Source: a virus. From it: DNA of 64,000 bases. Location: IMG/VR virus record IMGVR_UViG_3300005613_000030, positions 22,608 through 86,607 of that record. One strand, written 5' to 3'. The notes under the pieces were generated by a model, which searched no databases, was not told the origin of the DNA, and saw only the letters and a program-made list of their open reading frames with translations. Both the position numbers and the translations under genes were made by a program. Positions 1 through 10,920 of the stretch are shown piece after piece (position 1 is the first letter of the stretch; every line of letters begins with the position of its first letter).

Positions 1-147
1 AAATTACAGAATAAATATTGGTTAGCATTTCAATCTGGTATGTATCAGGCATTAGCTGATGAAGGTATTTATAATACAGAAGTCACTTTTACTTTAAACG
101 TAGCCGATACTCTAGAAACTAAAATCGATTTCAACTTCTCATTCTAA
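1..147 (+). CDS. 3' end of a gene truncated by the window edge (...TKIDFNFSF*)
   Basis: Frame 1 is open from base 1 to TAA at 145-147. Confidence 0.6.
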   Translation, partial: KLQNKYWLAFQSGMYQALADEGIYNTEVTFTLNVADTLETKIDFNFSF

Positions 148-225
148 TTACACCTTATTATTCTTAGAAAATTCCCCTTATTGTATAATATAAAAAAGAT
201 GTTATTACACAGATAAGGATATATT

Positions 226-3200
226 ATGAATCTCTGCTGGATTGACTTAGAAACAACTGGACTCGATGAAAGAAAACACGATGTTATTCAGTTAGCTTGT
301 ATTCCGGTTATTAATGGTGTTCGTCAAAAAGCATTTAATGAATTTTGTCAACCATCTAATTGGGACACAATTGAACAAGAAGCATTAAATGTCCATGGGA
401 TTTCAAGGGAACAGTTAGCGACATTTCAATCGCAAGAGCAAATGCTAAATAATTTCATAGCTTATGTTAGTTCTTTTAATACTCGTTTTGGTATTGCTGG
501 ACATAATGTTGCTTTCTTTGACAAAAGATTTTTATCAACCTTGTTTAAAAATTATAATAAAAATAATGCGTTTTTTGCATTATTTAATTTAACTGTGCAT
601 GATACATTAGTACGAGCTAGATCATTAAAGGGTGTCTTAAAGACTGAAAATAATAAATTAGAGACATTAGCTAATCATTTTAATATTGAAATTCAAGCGC
701 ACGATGCATTATCTGATATATCTGCAAATATTGATGTTGACCGTGAATTAGCGAAAATATTACAAGAAAGCACTGAATTATATAAACCATCTATCGATAA
801 AAATAATATAGAAATCAATGAGAAGTTACCAGAACCAATGCAATTACACTTGCACTCTCAATATTCAATGGCAGGTGCAATTCCTACACCTGAAGATTGG
901 GCTAAATGGTGCGAAGAAAATGATGTTCCTGGTTTTTCTGTTGTTGATCATGGTTATGCTATATCTTTATTTCAAGTGGCTAATAATAAATCTAAAGTAG
1001 TCAGTATTCCAGGTGCTTGTTTAAATTTTAAATTTAATTTAGAAGATGAGGATTTTTATCACTTAAATATTTGGGGAGTTAATACAGCTGGATATTTTAA
1101 TGTAATGAAGTTAACATCATTGGGATGGGATAGTTTCATTACTCATGATAAAAAAGATATACCAATTATTACATTTCAGCAGATATTAGATCACAGAGAG
1201 GGATTGAAATTTGGAACAGCTGATATAGAAGGATATGTAGGTAAAGCAATTATTGAGGGAAAAGCTGAGATTGCGGAATTGAGATATAAGCAATTAATTC
1301 AAAGCTTTGGAAACGATCTATATATTGAATTTAATCCAATTGACATCACGCATTACTATGATAAAAAGATAGGATTTAAACCTGTAAGTAGCAATGCTAT
1401 AATTACAGACAATAATTCACAGAAAGCATATAATAACTTTTTATTTAGCATGCTACAATATGGAGGTAAACCAATTCCTGTATCAGGTGCTTGTTTTATT
1501 GATCATGATGATAAAATTCTGCAAGATTGCATATGTAAAAACAATAATAAAGATGGTAAATTCTTCCAAGAATCATATCACGCTAAAACTGCTAATACAT
1601 TATATAAAGAATTAAAAGTCCACTTACATGATAAAGACTTCGATATCTGTGTGTTTAAAGAGTGGATACAGAATACCATGGAATTTCATAAATCTGCAAC
1701 TGATATATCTGTGTCGTTTAAGTATCATTTAGCAGAGATAGAAATACCAGAGCATATAAAAACACAAACTTCTAGTTACGATGAGCAATTATATTTGTAT
1801 ACATTAGAACGTATTAAAAAACATGGACGATGGAATAATAGCGATAAATACCGTGAACGATTCTTAAAAGAATTAGATGTTATTGCTAAAAATAAAGCCA
1901 TGAATTTCTTACCTTACTTTTTAATGTATGATGATTTCGGTGAATTTGCAAGAAATCAAGGCTTTTTACAAAATATAGCACGTGGTTCTGCTGGTGGTTC
2001 ATTGCTATCGTATTACCTCAAGATTATCCACGTTGATCCTGTTGATAAGGATATCCCATTTGAACGTTTTTTATCTCATGCACGTATTAATGCTGGTTCA
2101 TGGCCAGACATTGATATGGATATATCTAAGTCCGCTAGACCACATTTAATGAGGTATATGAAACAAAAATATGGATCAGGTTTTGCACAAGTGGCTACAT
2201 TTTCTACTATGAAAACTAAAAATGCAATAAAAGACACAATGAAAGCTCTTTATGGACGAAATAGAAAAGATTTTGAAGTAGAAGCTGTATGCAAATCAAT
2301 CCCAGATTCTCCACAAGGTGTATCTGAAGCTAATTTCTTGTATGGGTATGAAGATAAAGAAGGGCATTATCATGAAGGTCAACTAGATACCAATCAACAT
2401 TTACAGACATTTTTTGAGCTGTATCCCGATGTAGCGAGTGTAGTTAAGCGCTTAATCGGTGTGGTTAGAGGGCTTTCTCGGCACGCTTCAGCATTTGTTG
2501 TATCAACACTGGATCTTCCAGCAGAAAGAGTTCCTACATTAACTATGTATGATAAAGGTATGGGAGAGAATATCCATGTAACTCAATATGATGCATCTAT
2601 GTGTGAAAAATCTGAGTTAGTAAAGGCTGACGTCCTTGGATTAAAGACATTATCAGTTGTAACTGATGCCCTTAAATTAATCGAAGATGTCGATTATAGA
2701 GAGCCTGATGAAAATGGTATGAATTTAATATATCGTTTACCTGAGGATGAACAAGTATATGCGAATTTTTACAATAAAAAGACTGATTCATCATTCCAAT
2801 TTAATACACCTGTTGTAAAAGCATCAATACAGAATTTTATTCCAACTGAAAGAAAGCACTTATCTGCATTAACAGCACTGTTGCGACCTGGAGCTATGGA
2901 TGCTAAAATGACTAGTATTGACGGTTGCGATAATATGTCAGCTACTGAATACTACATGCAAGTTAGAAGTGGAACACGCCAAGTTGAATATATTCATCCA
3001 GATCTTGAATATATTTTAAAAGACTCCAACGGCGTGTTTTGCTTTCAAGAGGAAATTATGCAATTTTTGGTTGAAATAGTTGGTTATACTTTAGAAGAAT
3101 CTGACCAAATTAGAGCAGCAATTGCAAAAAAGAAACATGATGTGATGATGGCAGCATTTGATCGTATTAGGGCTGCAACAGCAGCACGAGGCTGGAGTAA

Positions 3201-4206
3201 TGAACAACAAGAGGCAATATGTAATGTTATTATGGCATTTTCACGTTATTCTTTCAATAAAAGCCATTCTCACGCATATGCAGAACTTGGATATATCACA
3301 ATGTATTTAAAGCATTATCATAAATTAGAATGGTGGGCAGCTGTTTTAAATAATGAAGATAATGAGGATAAATTGCGACATTATATTTCTATTTTAGGTG
3401 ATTTAATTAAGCCGCCTTCAATGAAAAGCCCTATGGAAAGATTCACTATTAATGGCGAATATATAGTTGCACCAATATCAGTGATAAAAGGCGTTGGCCC
3501 TAAGACATATAATGAATTAACTGAAAAAGGGCCATTTACTGATATTCAAGATTATTGTAATAGAGTTGATCATCGTAAAGCAGATATCGGTGCAGTAAGC
3601 ATGCTGATTATGGCTCGTGCTGCAGATGATTTTATGGATAAAACTCTTGATTATGTAAGTGCTCGTTTTAAATTTATGGATGATTATAAAAAAGCTCGTG
3701 GGAATATTAAAACAAATTTTAAACCAGAATTAATAGCAAAAGATCCCTTAGATATATTGCTATTAGAGAAAAAAGCAAATACAGCTTTCAATAAAAGTGT
3801 TTTATCAGAGCCTGATTTAATGAATTTGATCCTATCAAAATGGAAGGGATTACAGCAAACAGGTAGAAAAGGCATACCATTGATGTTAAACGGTATACCA
3901 ATTTTAACTAATGTTAATGTTGCAGTTGGACTATTAGAAAAGAATTATGAAAAAGATATAGGTATGATTCTATTATGTGAAAAATCAGCTGTCCGTAAAG
4001 GGATATCTAAACGTACAGGGAAACCATATTGTTTTGTTAGTACTACATTAAATGACGGCTTTATGGACGTTGAGGCAACTGACTGGAATGCTAAAATTGC
4101 CTATAAATTCCCTAAAAATAGCTTAGTATATGTGCGTGGTGAGATAAAACAAGGTTGGAAGGCACCGATTTGTATAAATATAAAAGAAATTGAATTAATT
4201 GAATAA
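226..4206 (+). CDS. dnaE: Family-C DNA polymerase (DnaE/Pol III alpha-like) with N-terminal fused DEDDh 3'-5' exonuclease
   Basis: Exonuclease motifs IDLETTG, GHNVAFFD and HDALSD; PHP motifs LHLHSQYS and VDHG; RGSAGGSL; FERFL; catalytic PDIDMD and KADVLGL; FQEEIM; YSFNKSHS; C-terminal OB-like region. Confidence 0.95.
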   Translation: MNLCWIDLETTGLDERKHDVIQLACIPVINGVRQKAFNEFCQPSNWDTIEQEALNVHGISREQLATFQSQEQMLNNFIAYVSSFNTRFGIAGHNVAFFDKRFLSTLFKNYNKNNAFFALFNLTVHDTLVRARSLKGVLKTENNKLETLANHFNIEIQAHDALSDISANIDVDRELAKILQESTELYKPSIDKNNIEINEKLPEPMQLHLHSQYSMAGAIPTPEDWAKWCEENDVPGFSVVDHGYAISLFQVANNKSKVVSIPGACLNFKFNLEDEDFYHLNIWGVNTAGYFNVMKLTSLGWDSFITHDKKDIPIITFQQILDHREGLKFGTADIEGYVGKAIIEGKAEIAELRYKQLIQSFGNDLYIEFNPIDITHYYDKKIGFKPVSSNAIITDNNSQKAYNNFLFSMLQYGGKPIPVSGACFIDHDDKILQDCICKNNNKDGKFFQESYHAKTANTLYKELKVHLHDKDFDICVFKEWIQNTMEFHKSATDISVSFKYHLAEIEIPEHIKTQTSSYDEQLYLYTLERIKKHGRWNNSDKYRERFLKELDVIAKNKAMNFLPYFLMYDDFGEFARNQGFLQNIARGSAGGSLLSYYLKIIHVDPVDKDIPFERFLSHARINAGSWPDIDMDISKSARPHLMRYMKQKYGSGFAQVATFSTMKTKNAIKDTMKALYGRNRKDFEVEAVCKSIPDSPQGVSEANFLYGYEDKEGHYHEGQLDTNQHLQTFFELYPDVASVVKRLIGVVRGLSRHASAFVVSTLDLPAERVPTLTMYDKGMGENIHVTQYDASMCEKSELVKADVLGLKTLSVVTDALKLIEDVDYREPDENGMNLIYRLPEDEQVYANFYNKKTDSSFQFNTPVVKASIQNFIPTERKHLSALTALLRPGAMDAKMTSIDGCDNMSATEYYMQVRSGTRQVEYIHPDLEYILKDSNGVFCFQEEIMQFLVEIVGYTLEESDQIRAAIAKKKHDVMMAAFDRIRAATAARGWSNEQQEAICNVIMAFSRYSFNKSHSHAYAELGYITMYLKHYHKLEWWAAVLNNEDNEDKLRHYISILGDLIKPPSMKSPMERFTINGEYIVAPISVIKGVGPKTYNELTEKGPFTDIQDYCNRVDHRKADIGAVSMLIMARAADDFMDKTLDYVSARFKFMDDYKKARGNIKTNFKPELIAKDPLDILLLEKKANTAFNKSVLSEPDLMNLILSKWKGLQQTGRKGIPLMLNGIPILTNVNVAVGLLEKNYEKDIGMILLCEKSAVRKGISKRTGKPYCFVSTTLNDGFMDVEATDWNAKIAYKFPKNSLVYVRGEIKQGWKAPICINIKEIELIE

Positions 4207-4215
4207 GGAGGATTT

Positions 4216-4476
4216 ATGCCATATATTACAATTAAAAATAGAAAGCAATTCGATAAAATTCTAGATGAGGTAAAGAGTGCCTATCCTACTAATGCTGGAG
4301 AATTAAATTACTTAATCACATCAATATGTAAGATTTGCTTAGATAATAGTAGAAGAAAATATCAAAACTACAATGATGTTCTAGGGGCATTAGAGGGTGT
4401 TAAATTAGAGCTTTATAGACGATATATCGCAGAATACGAAGACGAAAAAATCAAAGAAAATGGAGATGTACAATGA
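4216..4476 (+). CDS. Conserved small phage protein (GELNY...LELYRR...YED.KI.ENGDV family, DUF6899-like)
   Basis: Motif recognition; strong SD aaggagg. Confidence 0.6.
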   Translation: MPYITIKNRKQFDKILDEVKSAYPTNAGELNYLITSICKICLDNSRRKYQNYNDVLGALEGVKLELYRRYIAEYEDEKIKENGDVQ

Positions 4477-4799
4477 GTCGAGAATTTGGAGATGATTGTG
4501 GTAGCTTTTTTCATGAAAAGATACGTAATGCGGTTAATAACTGCAAATATGAGGGTAACTATGAATTAACAAAAAAATGGGGTGAATTTTTACAAGAGTT
4601 TTATAACATTGCATATTCTATATCCTCCTGTGAAGCTAGTGATACTTGTGAGAGTGATCTTATCATGGATACTATTTACAGACTACCACTGTTGCAGGGA
4701 AAACTCGATGAAATACAACAATACGTACAATTACATAAAACAATAGCAAATCACGCTGTACGAGATTATATTAACAAGGAGAAAAAAGATGGCTGTTAA
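4473..4799 (+). CDS. Hypothetical protein
   Basis: ORF coupled by an ATGA overlap; SD ggag. Confidence 0.6.
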   Translation: MSREFGDDCGSFFHEKIRNAVNNCKYEGNYELTKKWGEFLQEFYNIAYSISSCEASDTCESDLIMDTIYRLPLLQGKLDEIQQYVQLHKTIANHAVRDYINKEKKDGC

Positions 4800-5274
4800 A
4801 TACTGTCGAGTAAATGAAGCGCCTAGTGATATTACGTCAGAAGAATATATTATCACTATGCCGAAGTTTTTTGAAGAGATTAAAAAAGCTAGTCGTTTTC
4901 GGGGACAACAGAGTGTAATTACTACAAACTATTTAAGAGCTATTTTTGTAGAGATAGTATCAAAATACGATATTGATGTCAATCCATATACTGACATGCA
5001 TTTAGCTCGTTATAACGGACGACCGTCAACAACTGATGACAGCACATCGGCAATTATAAATGAAATAATTCAAAAAGAAAAACCCGATATAATTGGTAAA
5101 GCCCTTGATTTTGCTATTCGTAATCGCCCTAAAAAAACTAAAATTATTTATTTTGTTGCGCCAGATTTTACTCATACTGGGGCTTTTATTACTAATGGAA
5201 TGGACAGTATCCAACTAAAAGAGATTGATACATTATTAAATAAGAAAAAGAAAAAGTCAGCTAAGAAAGAATAA
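4789..5274 (+). CDS. Hypothetical protein
   Basis: ORF with SD aaggag. Confidence 0.6.
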   Translation: MAVKYCRVNEAPSDITSEEYIITMPKFFEEIKKASRFRGQQSVITTNYLRAIFVEIVSKYDIDVNPYTDMHLARYNGRPSTTDDSTSAIINEIIQKEKPDIIGKALDFAIRNRPKKTKIIYFVAPDFTHTGAFITNGMDSIQLKEIDTLLNKKKKKSAKKE

Positions 5275-5354
5275 TATTATGGTATAATATAATTATGCCG
5301 AAAGGTAGAAATAATAACAATGCCACTTTAGGTAGCAATAAAAAAGGATTAAGC

Positions 5355-6425
5355 ATGGCAAAGATTTCCCTGAATATGGATTCCCTAAAACCTAAGAAAG
5401 AATGGAAACGTCACAAAGTTCAAGACGGTTCTAATACCTTTCGTTTTCTTCCACCTTTTGGACCTGAATCAAACGGTTACCATTATCGTAAATGGGGTGT
5501 AATTTGGGGTCTTGTTGATCCTGTTTCTGGTAGAAAGCGACCTTTTGCATCTACATCTACTTTTGAAGGTAAATGTCCAGTTTACGAGTATTTAGATGTC
5601 CTTAAAGTTCAGATTAAAACACTTGAAGCTCAATTGATTCAATCTGGTATGTCGGAAGCTGATATTAAAGCTCGTTTAAAAGATACTAATACCTTTATCG
5701 GTAACCTTCGTCCTAAAACTGTATTTGCTTACAATGCATGTGATAAATCTGGTACAGTCGGTATCTTAGAATTAAAGAAAACGGCACATGATGAGTTATG
5801 TAAATTGATTAATCAATATATTAGGGATTATAATCAAGATCCGACATCGTTAAATAGTGCTATGGATGATTCAGGTGTATGGTTTAATATTACGCGTGAA
5901 GGAACTATGTTTGAAACTAAATACGGTGTTGTTAAGAATCAAACTCGTGTAAAAGATCCCAATACTGGTGCATTATCGTATCAAGATGATAGAACTGCAT
6001 TACCGGAGCATGTAGTTACTGATTACGAGAATTTAGCATATGATTTAAATTCAGTTTATCAAAAGAAAACTTACGATGAATTAAAAGAGATCTTAATTGC
6101 TAATTTATCGTATCTAGTCGAAGACAATCCAGATTTAAAAGTTGAAGGGTTTTACGTTGATACTTCAACAATTCAGCAGCCAGCAGTACAACCAGTAAAT
6201 GCCCCCGTTACACCACAGGCTACATCAAAACAAGGTGCGGGTAAGATTAACATAAACATGGGTGCTTTAAAGACTGAAGATGATACTACAATTGCTGCGC
6301 CTGCGGCACCACAACAACCGACAGCAACGCAATCAGTCACTATGACCACCCAAGCGACACAACCAACTAGCACTGAAGATACAGATGACCTTCTTAAAAT
6401 GGCTGATGATATCTTCAATCAATAA
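5355..6425 (+). CDS. T4 gp32-like single-stranded DNA-binding protein (alternative start 5295)
   Basis: FRFLPP and CPVYEY motifs, Pro/Ala/Thr linker and acidic tail (DDLLKMADDIFNQ); located beside UvsY-like and RecA genes. Confidence 0.75.
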   Translation: MAKISLNMDSLKPKKEWKRHKVQDGSNTFRFLPPFGPESNGYHYRKWGVIWGLVDPVSGRKRPFASTSTFEGKCPVYEYLDVLKVQIKTLEAQLIQSGMSEADIKARLKDTNTFIGNLRPKTVFAYNACDKSGTVGILELKKTAHDELCKLINQYIRDYNQDPTSLNSAMDDSGVWFNITREGTMFETKYGVVKNQTRVKDPNTGALSYQDDRTALPEHVVTDYENLAYDLNSVYQKKTYDELKEILIANLSYLVEDNPDLKVEGFYVDTSTIQQPAVQPVNAPVTPQATSKQGAGKININMGALKTEDDTTIAAPAAPQQPTATQSVTMTTQATQPTSTEDTDDLLKMADDIFNQ

Positions 6426-6435
6426 GGGATAAATA

Positions 6436-6903
6436 ATGGCAGATCAAAAAAGTGCCATTGATAAAATCCATAAAGCTGTTGATGTGACTAAGCTCGTAAA
6501 GTACACTAACAAAATTAAAGATATAGGGAGTCTTCAGAAAATGATGGCTCCCTTATATTTAAGGGATTTTATTGAGGCAATCGATGTTTCTTCGACTATG
6601 CTATCTATGGCAATTCATGCTGATCATAAAGCTGATGCTTTAGTTAAAAATGCAGAAGCTATTGCGTTTTTAGATAAAGCAGGGGATTATCTTAAAGCTA
6701 AGGGAATTAAAGATTCAGCAGAAGCACGTAAACGATATATAGATATTGACAGCGATGTGGTAGCAGCTAAAGATGAAAAAGCTAGAACTACTGCACTGGT
6801 TAGTTTCCTTAAAAATAAGGTGCGTGTTTTTCAAGATGCGCACAATGCTATTAAGAAAATAGCATATGGTGATCAAAATATGACTGATTGGGAGGGCATG
6901 TAA
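6436..6903 (+). CDS. UvsY-like recombination mediator (helical)
   Basis: All-helical 155 aa with ARKRYIDIDSDV; lies between SSB and RecA. Confidence 0.5.
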   Translation: MADQKSAIDKIHKAVDVTKLVKYTNKIKDIGSLQKMMAPLYLRDFIEAIDVSSTMLSMAIHADHKADALVKNAEAIAFLDKAGDYLKAKGIKDSAEARKRYIDIDSDVVAAKDEKARTTALVSFLKNKVRVFQDAHNAIKKIAYGDQNMTDWEGM

Positions 6904-7274
6904 TGAAATATTTAATTGTATTGTTGCTGTTAATTGGATGTACTGATAATGAAACTGTAATGAATAAATTTGGGACTCTTAAAGAAGAATGTCAACAACT
7001 AGCTAAAAAATTAAATACAGAATATGATATTCATGGAAATTTAGAGCAGTCTAAATGTTGGATAGTTGATACACGAGTGGACTATAGGTATTCTATTGGC
7101 AATATAGATGCTACAATTGGTGCTAGTCGTGCCCTAGAAATACAAGAAAAATTAAAAACCAATATTGAATTTCATAACTGTGTTGAGATAAAATGCGCAA
7201 AGACATGTGATTCTGAATACACAACACATAAAACATATTCTGAGTGTGCAAAGCAGTTTAATAGGGAGTATTGA
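6903..7274 (+). CDS. Putative lipoprotein
   Basis: MKYLIVLLLLIGC signal/lipobox-like N-terminus; Cys-rich. Confidence 0.5.
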   Translation: MKYLIVLLLLIGCTDNETVMNKFGTLKEECQQLAKKLNTEYDIHGNLEQSKCWIVDTRVDYRYSIGNIDATIGASRALEIQEKLKTNIEFHNCVEIKCAKTCDSEYTTHKTYSECAKQFNREY

Positions 7275-7606
7275 TAATGGATAAGCAATTAATACAAGAT
7301 GTTGTTAATACAATATCACCAGAGTTAACATGGTTATTTATTCAAGGCTTTATGGCATTGTTTATCTTCTCTTTTATGAGAAACCTTTCTACAGCAGTTG
7401 CGAACTATCTTAAACTTCGTTTCTCATTATGGGGTTTGAACACAAAATTAAATATCGAAGGTAAAATCGGATATATACGGGATATTACATTTAAAGAGGT
7501 AATTATCCATGTAAGCAATAAAGAAACTATGTATATACCGATTGATCGTTTTTTGATATTAACTAAGACAGTGTATCATAACGGCTATACAGGAGAAGAT
7601 AAATGA
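7271..7606 (+). CDS. Small membrane protein with MscS-like beta domain
   Basis: One TM helix followed by IEGKIGYIRDITF...ETMYIP. Confidence 0.45.
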   Translation: MIMDKQLIQDVVNTISPELTWLFIQGFMALFIFSFMRNLSTAVANYLKLRFSLWGLNTKLNIEGKIGYIRDITFKEVIIHVSNKETMYIPIDRFLILTKTVYHNGYTGEDK

Positions 7607-7923
7607 TATGCAATAGAATCTGTGGAATATTATGTATACTACTAGTGATAGCTGCTTGCACATATGTGTTTATTAAAGGGCCTTCTATATATGATAAAGA
7701 AACTGTATTCTCTTATGGTCAGAAAGTTAAAGTGATAAAAGGATTTTATAAAGGTTATAACTGTTTCACTGTTCAGCATCAATACACTGATATACGCATA
7801 TTTACTACTGATAGATATTATTATGCCCTATCAAGCAAAGATAAGAATCTCAATATGATAATGGTATATGGCGATGAATTAGAATTAGAGGTTGATGGAG
7901 AACAATGTGATGCAATACAATAA
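7603..7923 (+). CDS. Membrane-anchored hypothetical protein
   Basis: N-terminal hydrophobic helix; GQKVKVIKGFYKG KOW-like motif. Confidence 0.5.
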   Translation: MICNRICGILCILLVIAACTYVFIKGPSIYDKETVFSYGQKVKVIKGFYKGYNCFTVQHQYTDIRIFTTDRYYYALSSKDKNLNMIMVYGDELELEVDGEQCDAIQ

Positions 7924-9049
7924 GCAATGCATTATTTGTAATAAAGATTTTGTATCGATGAGACGACATGCAAAAACATGCTCAAATATGTGTCGCAGTA
8001 GAGTTCATTCGAAGAAACATCGTAATAAGGTTATCATTAAATTGTGTGGTTATTGTAAAATAGAATTTTCATGCGGTGGACAGACACATGCTAAAAAATA
8101 CTGTTCTAAGAAGTGTAGAGATTCTAATAGATATATAGTCGATAAAAATAATCTTCATGAGCAGTTAAAGAAAACAATTAGATGTCGAGTAAATGACGCA
8201 TTAACTGATCGAGCAACTAGTTACTCTGTGGTTAAAAATCTAGGTTGCTCTATTAAGGAATTAAGGACGTATTTAGAATCTAAATTTACAGAAGGTATGA
8301 CTTGGGATAATCGGGGATATTACGGCTGGCATATAGATCACATTAAGCCACTAAGTAGTTTTGATTTAACTAACCCTGAAGAGCTTAAGAAAGCATGCCA
8401 TTATACCAACTTACAACCATTATGGGCAGAAGATAATTTAAAGAAAGGAAGTCAATGTGAAAGGCAATGCACCAATTGTAAGCAATCTTTTTATAGTAAG
8501 CAATATAATAAAAAATTTTGTTCTACAGAATGTCAAAAACGCCATTGGAATCTTAACAACAAAGAGCACAAATTAACTCTACAAAGAGAGTGGAGAAGAA
8601 ACAACCCAGATAAGGTGTTAAAAGATAGTCAAAGTTTAGGGCACAGTAAAGCAGTTAATAAATGGAAAAATAAAAACATAGAAAAGGTAAGACATTATAA
8701 TAATGAGTTTCATAAACGGCATCGACAAGAATCACCACAATATCGTATAGCTTGTAATATTAGGAGTCGTGTATCTAAGGTGCTACAAAAGAATATAAAA
8801 ACAGGCTCAGCGATAAGAGATTTAGGCTGCTCTATCTCAGACTTAAAGAAGCATCTAGAATCTCAGTTTACAGAAGGTATGTCCTGGGATAACTACGGCT
8901 CACATGGTTGGCATATAGATCATGTCAAACCGTTAAGCAGATTCAATTTAAATAATAAAGAACAATTTAAAGAAGCTTGTCATTATAGTAACTTACAACC
9001 ATTATGGGCAGAAGATAATTTAAGTAAAGGGGCAAAATATGACGAATAA
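7892..9049 (+). CDS. Tandem double HNH-like endonuclease (two Zn-finger plus nuclease modules fused)
   Basis: Two copies of LGCSI..L..(Y/H)LES.FTEGM.WDN.G..GWHIDH.KPL..F.L....ACHY.NLQPLWAEDNL.KG, each preceded by CxxC motifs. Confidence 0.85.
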   Translation: MMENNVMQYNKQCIICNKDFVSMRRHAKTCSNMCRSRVHSKKHRNKVIIKLCGYCKIEFSCGGQTHAKKYCSKKCRDSNRYIVDKNNLHEQLKKTIRCRVNDALTDRATSYSVVKNLGCSIKELRTYLESKFTEGMTWDNRGYYGWHIDHIKPLSSFDLTNPEELKKACHYTNLQPLWAEDNLKKGSQCERQCTNCKQSFYSKQYNKKFCSTECQKRHWNLNNKEHKLTLQREWRRNNPDKVLKDSQSLGHSKAVNKWKNKNIEKVRHYNNEFHKRHRQESPQYRIACNIRSRVSKVLQKNIKTGSAIRDLGCSISDLKKHLESQFTEGMSWDNYGSHGWHIDHVKPLSRFNLNNKEQFKEACHYSNLQPLWAEDNLSKGAKYDE

Positions 9050-10154
9050 ATGGATGTCAAAATTGACAAAAGATTTTGGTACGCTGGCTAGTGATTTACA
9101 TGAGCAACAAAATAAGGACATGGATCCTATTACATTAGATAGTCCATCGTTAAATTGGGCTGTTGGAAATGGTGGTTTTCTACCCGGTAAAGCAGTAATC
9201 TTATATGGTGCTGAAAGTGGTGGTAAGTCGCTTATTGCAATACTTACAATTATTGCTCATCAGAAAGCTAATCCAGATAGTATTCAAATAGTATTTGATG
9301 CAGAATATAGTTTTTCAACATCATGGTTTAAGAAGTTAGGTGGTAATTTGGATCAGTTGATTGTTAAGCAAACTAATGACCCTGTTAAGATATTTGACTT
9401 TATGTTTGAAGGCGGAGAATTACATGAGATGCTTCAAGATGGTTGTCCAGTTAACTGCGTAATGATAGATTCAATTAAATCAATTGTATGGCCGACTGAT
9501 ATAAAAAGTAAATCAACTAATATAACTATGGGTGGATCTGGATCTAAGTTTTTAGGATCAACACTTAAACGAATTCTTCCGGTAATCCGTGAATTTAATA
9601 TTTCTACACTCTTAGTGCAGCAAGTATACGAGGAGCTAGACCAATATAAAGCAATGAATAATCCTTATAAGATTCCCGATGGTCGGAATTTAAAGCATTT
9701 CGCTGACTACATGCTAGAAGTATCTAAGTTAGAAACTAAAGCCGGAAGAATAGAGGTAGGTAAAACTATGACTGGTTCAGCACAGCAAGTTGGTCATAAA
9801 GTTAGAGTGAAAATTAAGAAGAATCGCTGTGGTGCACCATATCGTGTAGCTGAATTTACATTGGATTATACGCAAGGCATTGCAAATACGGGTGAAGAGT
9901 TATTTGAATTAGCAAAATCTTTAGGTGTTATTTATCATCCAATTAATGAAGCAACTGGTAAATCCAATGTTCAAATGTGGCAATTTAGTAATTATGATGC
10001 TATTCGTGGAGAAGCGAATATAAAGAAATGGGTTGTTGAGCACCCTGAATATCATGCAGAAATAATAACTGCTTGTAACAGTGTCGGAGAAGAGATTGTA
10101 AATGCTAGAAATGAAAACATGGGGATAAATGACGATAAAATCGATCTTGGATAA
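9039..10154 (+). CDS. recA: RecA/UvsX-like recombinase
   Basis: Walker A GAESGGKS; FDAE; Walker B MIDS; KNR near the C-terminus. Confidence 0.9.
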   Translation: MTNKWMSKLTKDFGTLASDLHEQQNKDMDPITLDSPSLNWAVGNGGFLPGKAVILYGAESGGKSLIAILTIIAHQKANPDSIQIVFDAEYSFSTSWFKKLGGNLDQLIVKQTNDPVKIFDFMFEGGELHEMLQDGCPVNCVMIDSIKSIVWPTDIKSKSTNITMGGSGSKFLGSTLKRILPVIREFNISTLLVQQVYEELDQYKAMNNPYKIPDGRNLKHFADYMLEVSKLETKAGRIEVGKTMTGSAQQVGHKVRVKIKKNRCGAPYRVAEFTLDYTQGIANTGEELFELAKSLGVIYHPINEATGKSNVQMWQFSNYDAIRGEANIKKWVVEHPEYHAEIITACNSVGEEIVNARNENMGINDDKIDLG

Positions 10155-10470
10155 TATTATTGATCAAGCCCTTGATGCATATGAAGAAGGCTTTATTGCT
10201 AAGTGTATTTTGATACATCCAGTGCGATATCGCGAGTTATCACATGAATTACAGAAACGTAGTACGCGTAATAGTGTGCAGCATTGTGCGCCACAATATC
10301 AAGTTGTCTCACTTACACTACCGATGGGGCAAGTTGAATTAAAACTTGATAAAACAATCCCGCGTGATGGAGATGGTTTTTATATTGAGGGGCATAAAAA
10401 ACACATACTACATAAGATGCATCAGCAGGCTAATAAAATCTTATTAGGAGATATTGAAGATGAGCTTTAA
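10129..10470 (+). CDS. Hypothetical protein
   Basis: ORF overlapping the recA 3' end. Confidence 0.55.
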   Translation: MTIKSILDNIIDQALDAYEEGFIAKCILIHPVRYRELSHELQKRSTRNSVQHCAPQYQVVSLTLPMGQVELKLDKTIPRDGDGFYIEGHKKHILHKMHQQANKILLGDIEDEL

Positions 10471-10918
10471 ATACCATAAAATAAAGAATTTCTTATCAAT
10501 CGCAAAAGCAGTCGCAGAACAATCTCCTGATGCTGAAACTAAAGTTGGAGCAATATTAGTAAAAAATACTACTAATGCAGTTATAGCAACTGGGTTTAAC
10601 GGTTTTGTTCGTAAGGCACCGGATAAAAAGCTACCAAAAACTCGTCCTGATAAATATGAATATATGATTCATGCAGAAGTAAATCTAATTTTTAATTGTG
10701 CAAAAGAAGGCATTTCTACGGAAGATACCACTCTAATATGCACTATGAGTCCTTGTGAAAACTGTATGCGCGCATTATGGCAATGCGGTGTAACAAGAGT
10801 GGTCTGTGATAAACTATACACTGACCATGAAGATAATAAAGGTCTAAAAGATTTAGGATTAAAAGTACATAAACACGATTCATATTATATATTAGATTTT
10901 ATTGCTAAGGAGAAATAG
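10460..10918 (+). CDS. dCMP deaminase
   Basis: KVGAILV, TGFNG, HAEVN and SPCENC zinc-deaminase motifs. Confidence 0.9.
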   Translation: MSFKYHKIKNFLSIAKAVAEQSPDAETKVGAILVKNTTNAVIATGFNGFVRKAPDKKLPKTRPDKYEYMIHAEVNLIFNCAKEGISTEDTTLICTMSPCENCMRALWQCGVTRVVCDKLYTDHEDNKGLKDLGLKVHKHDSYYILDFIAKEK

Positions 10919-10920
10919 TT

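Noticed and set aside
5295-5354. T4 gene-32-like autoregulatory pseudoknot in the SSB leader
   Set aside because: Only a 3-bp GCC-GAAA-GGT hairpin and a weak second stem are visible, which is too little support.
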